Source of the DNA: Cycas panzhihuaensis
Taxonomy: Eukaryota > Plantae > Cycadophyta
Reading direction: 5' to 3'
Assembly (NCBI GenBank): GCA_023213395.1
Contig: CM041465.1
Location: 219,053,741 to 219,117,740, forward strand
DNA length: 64,000 bases
Under the pieces are notes generated by a model. It ran no database searches. It was not told the origin of the DNA and was given only the letters and a program-made list of their open reading frames with translations. Shown here piece by piece: positions 63,201 through 64,000 of the stretch; position 1 is the stretch's first letter, and each line of letters opens with the position of its first letter. Position numbers and translations under genes: made by a program.

Positions 63201-64000
63201 ATTGAAAGTAGGGCTTTAACCCCATTCTCAAATGGCCACACTACATCAAAGTAGTTGATAAAAGTATCAACTAGATATTAGAAGGTTGAGACTAAATGGG
63301 AAGATAGGTGGTAGAACTACTTTAGAGTATCTCCTTAGAGAGACCTAGGGAATAACTTCATTAGAATTTGGTCATATGCCCAATAATTGATACATGCCAT
63401 ACCAAATGCCCTGCCATGATCAATAGGGTTATGAGAAGAAGTTCCTTCGAATTTAGTCACTTTGGGAGGATGGGGAGATAAGTTGGTATATAATACCTCC
63501 ACAAACAAAGGGATTGACCTATAGTTAACGAAGAGGCATACCCCCAATTGAGCTAAAGGATCTACAGGAGGATAGGTAGTAGGAGGATAAGTATACCCCA
63601 CCTTTATATGTGGTGGGTAAGGAGGGGTGTTATAGGGGACATACCCCTCTTAACAAGGGGCATAGGAGGATAAGGGATAAGGGATCCCTCCCGCTTGATA
63701 AGAAGAAATGGGTCCCAAGTGGAGATAAGTTAAATATAGGGGTGGGCAAGGGTACCTTGGCCCATTACATATTCACATAGCGTAGGTAGAGGGGACATGA
63801 GTTAATGCCCTTGGAGGAATGCACACATAGTGAGGTGGCACATGGGGTGCCATTAGTCCTCCTCGAGAGAGGACCAAAGGTGGGATGGATTGAAAAATTT
63901 GGGAGGAAGGATGAGGTAATGGGTTTTGGCCAAAAGGCCCTCCTATAGGAGGGGCAACCCCATAAGGGTGGAGTGGCAGTACAAAAGTAGTAATGGGTTA
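60290..64000 (-). mobile_element. Tat-type element 'D': degenerate gag-protease, truncated just before RT; continues beyond the window
   Basis: Gag VDPLAQLGVCLFVNYRS...YWAYDQILMKLFPRSL. Protease region RIAMGNGYYINVMP. Pre-RT EVREDTKVLHEFYNMFVWD, homologous to A. Confidence 0.9.

Overview
The window is entirely nested, mostly degenerate plant retrotransposon DNA with heavy CG/CHG deamination. I found no host gene, RNA gene or CRISPR array. It holds four diverged Ty3/Gypsy Tat-type LTR elements. C is on the minus strand (<1-15144). A is on the plus strand and structurally complete (25707-42115, 2.57-kb LTRs, TSD TCTAT/CCTAT). B is on the plus strand (42995-59412) with a truncated 3' LTR. D is on the minus strand (about 60290->64000), gag-protease only. 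C, A and B are inserted into older chromovirus elements. Between C and A lies an L1-type LINE interrupted by a small non-autonomous LTR element. The main finding is an accessory module in the 3' region of A, B and C. (i) An antisense three-exon gene encodes a Plant Mobile Domain (PMD) plus acidic linker and coiled coil. It has its own TATA/Inr-like promoter, an 8-codon first exon, and introns conserved in position and phase. (ii) A free-standing archaeal-type RNase H ORF lies outside the polyprotein, whose own RNase H lacks the first catalytic Asp. (iii) Family-specific short palindromic motif arrays occur both in the LTR and in intron 1 of the antisense gene, with exact 15-20-nt matches that differ between families. 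By inference this looks like a retrotransposon-encoded, sequence-specific trans-regulatory or anti-silencing circuit. All alignments and coordinates were read by eye; no searches were run.
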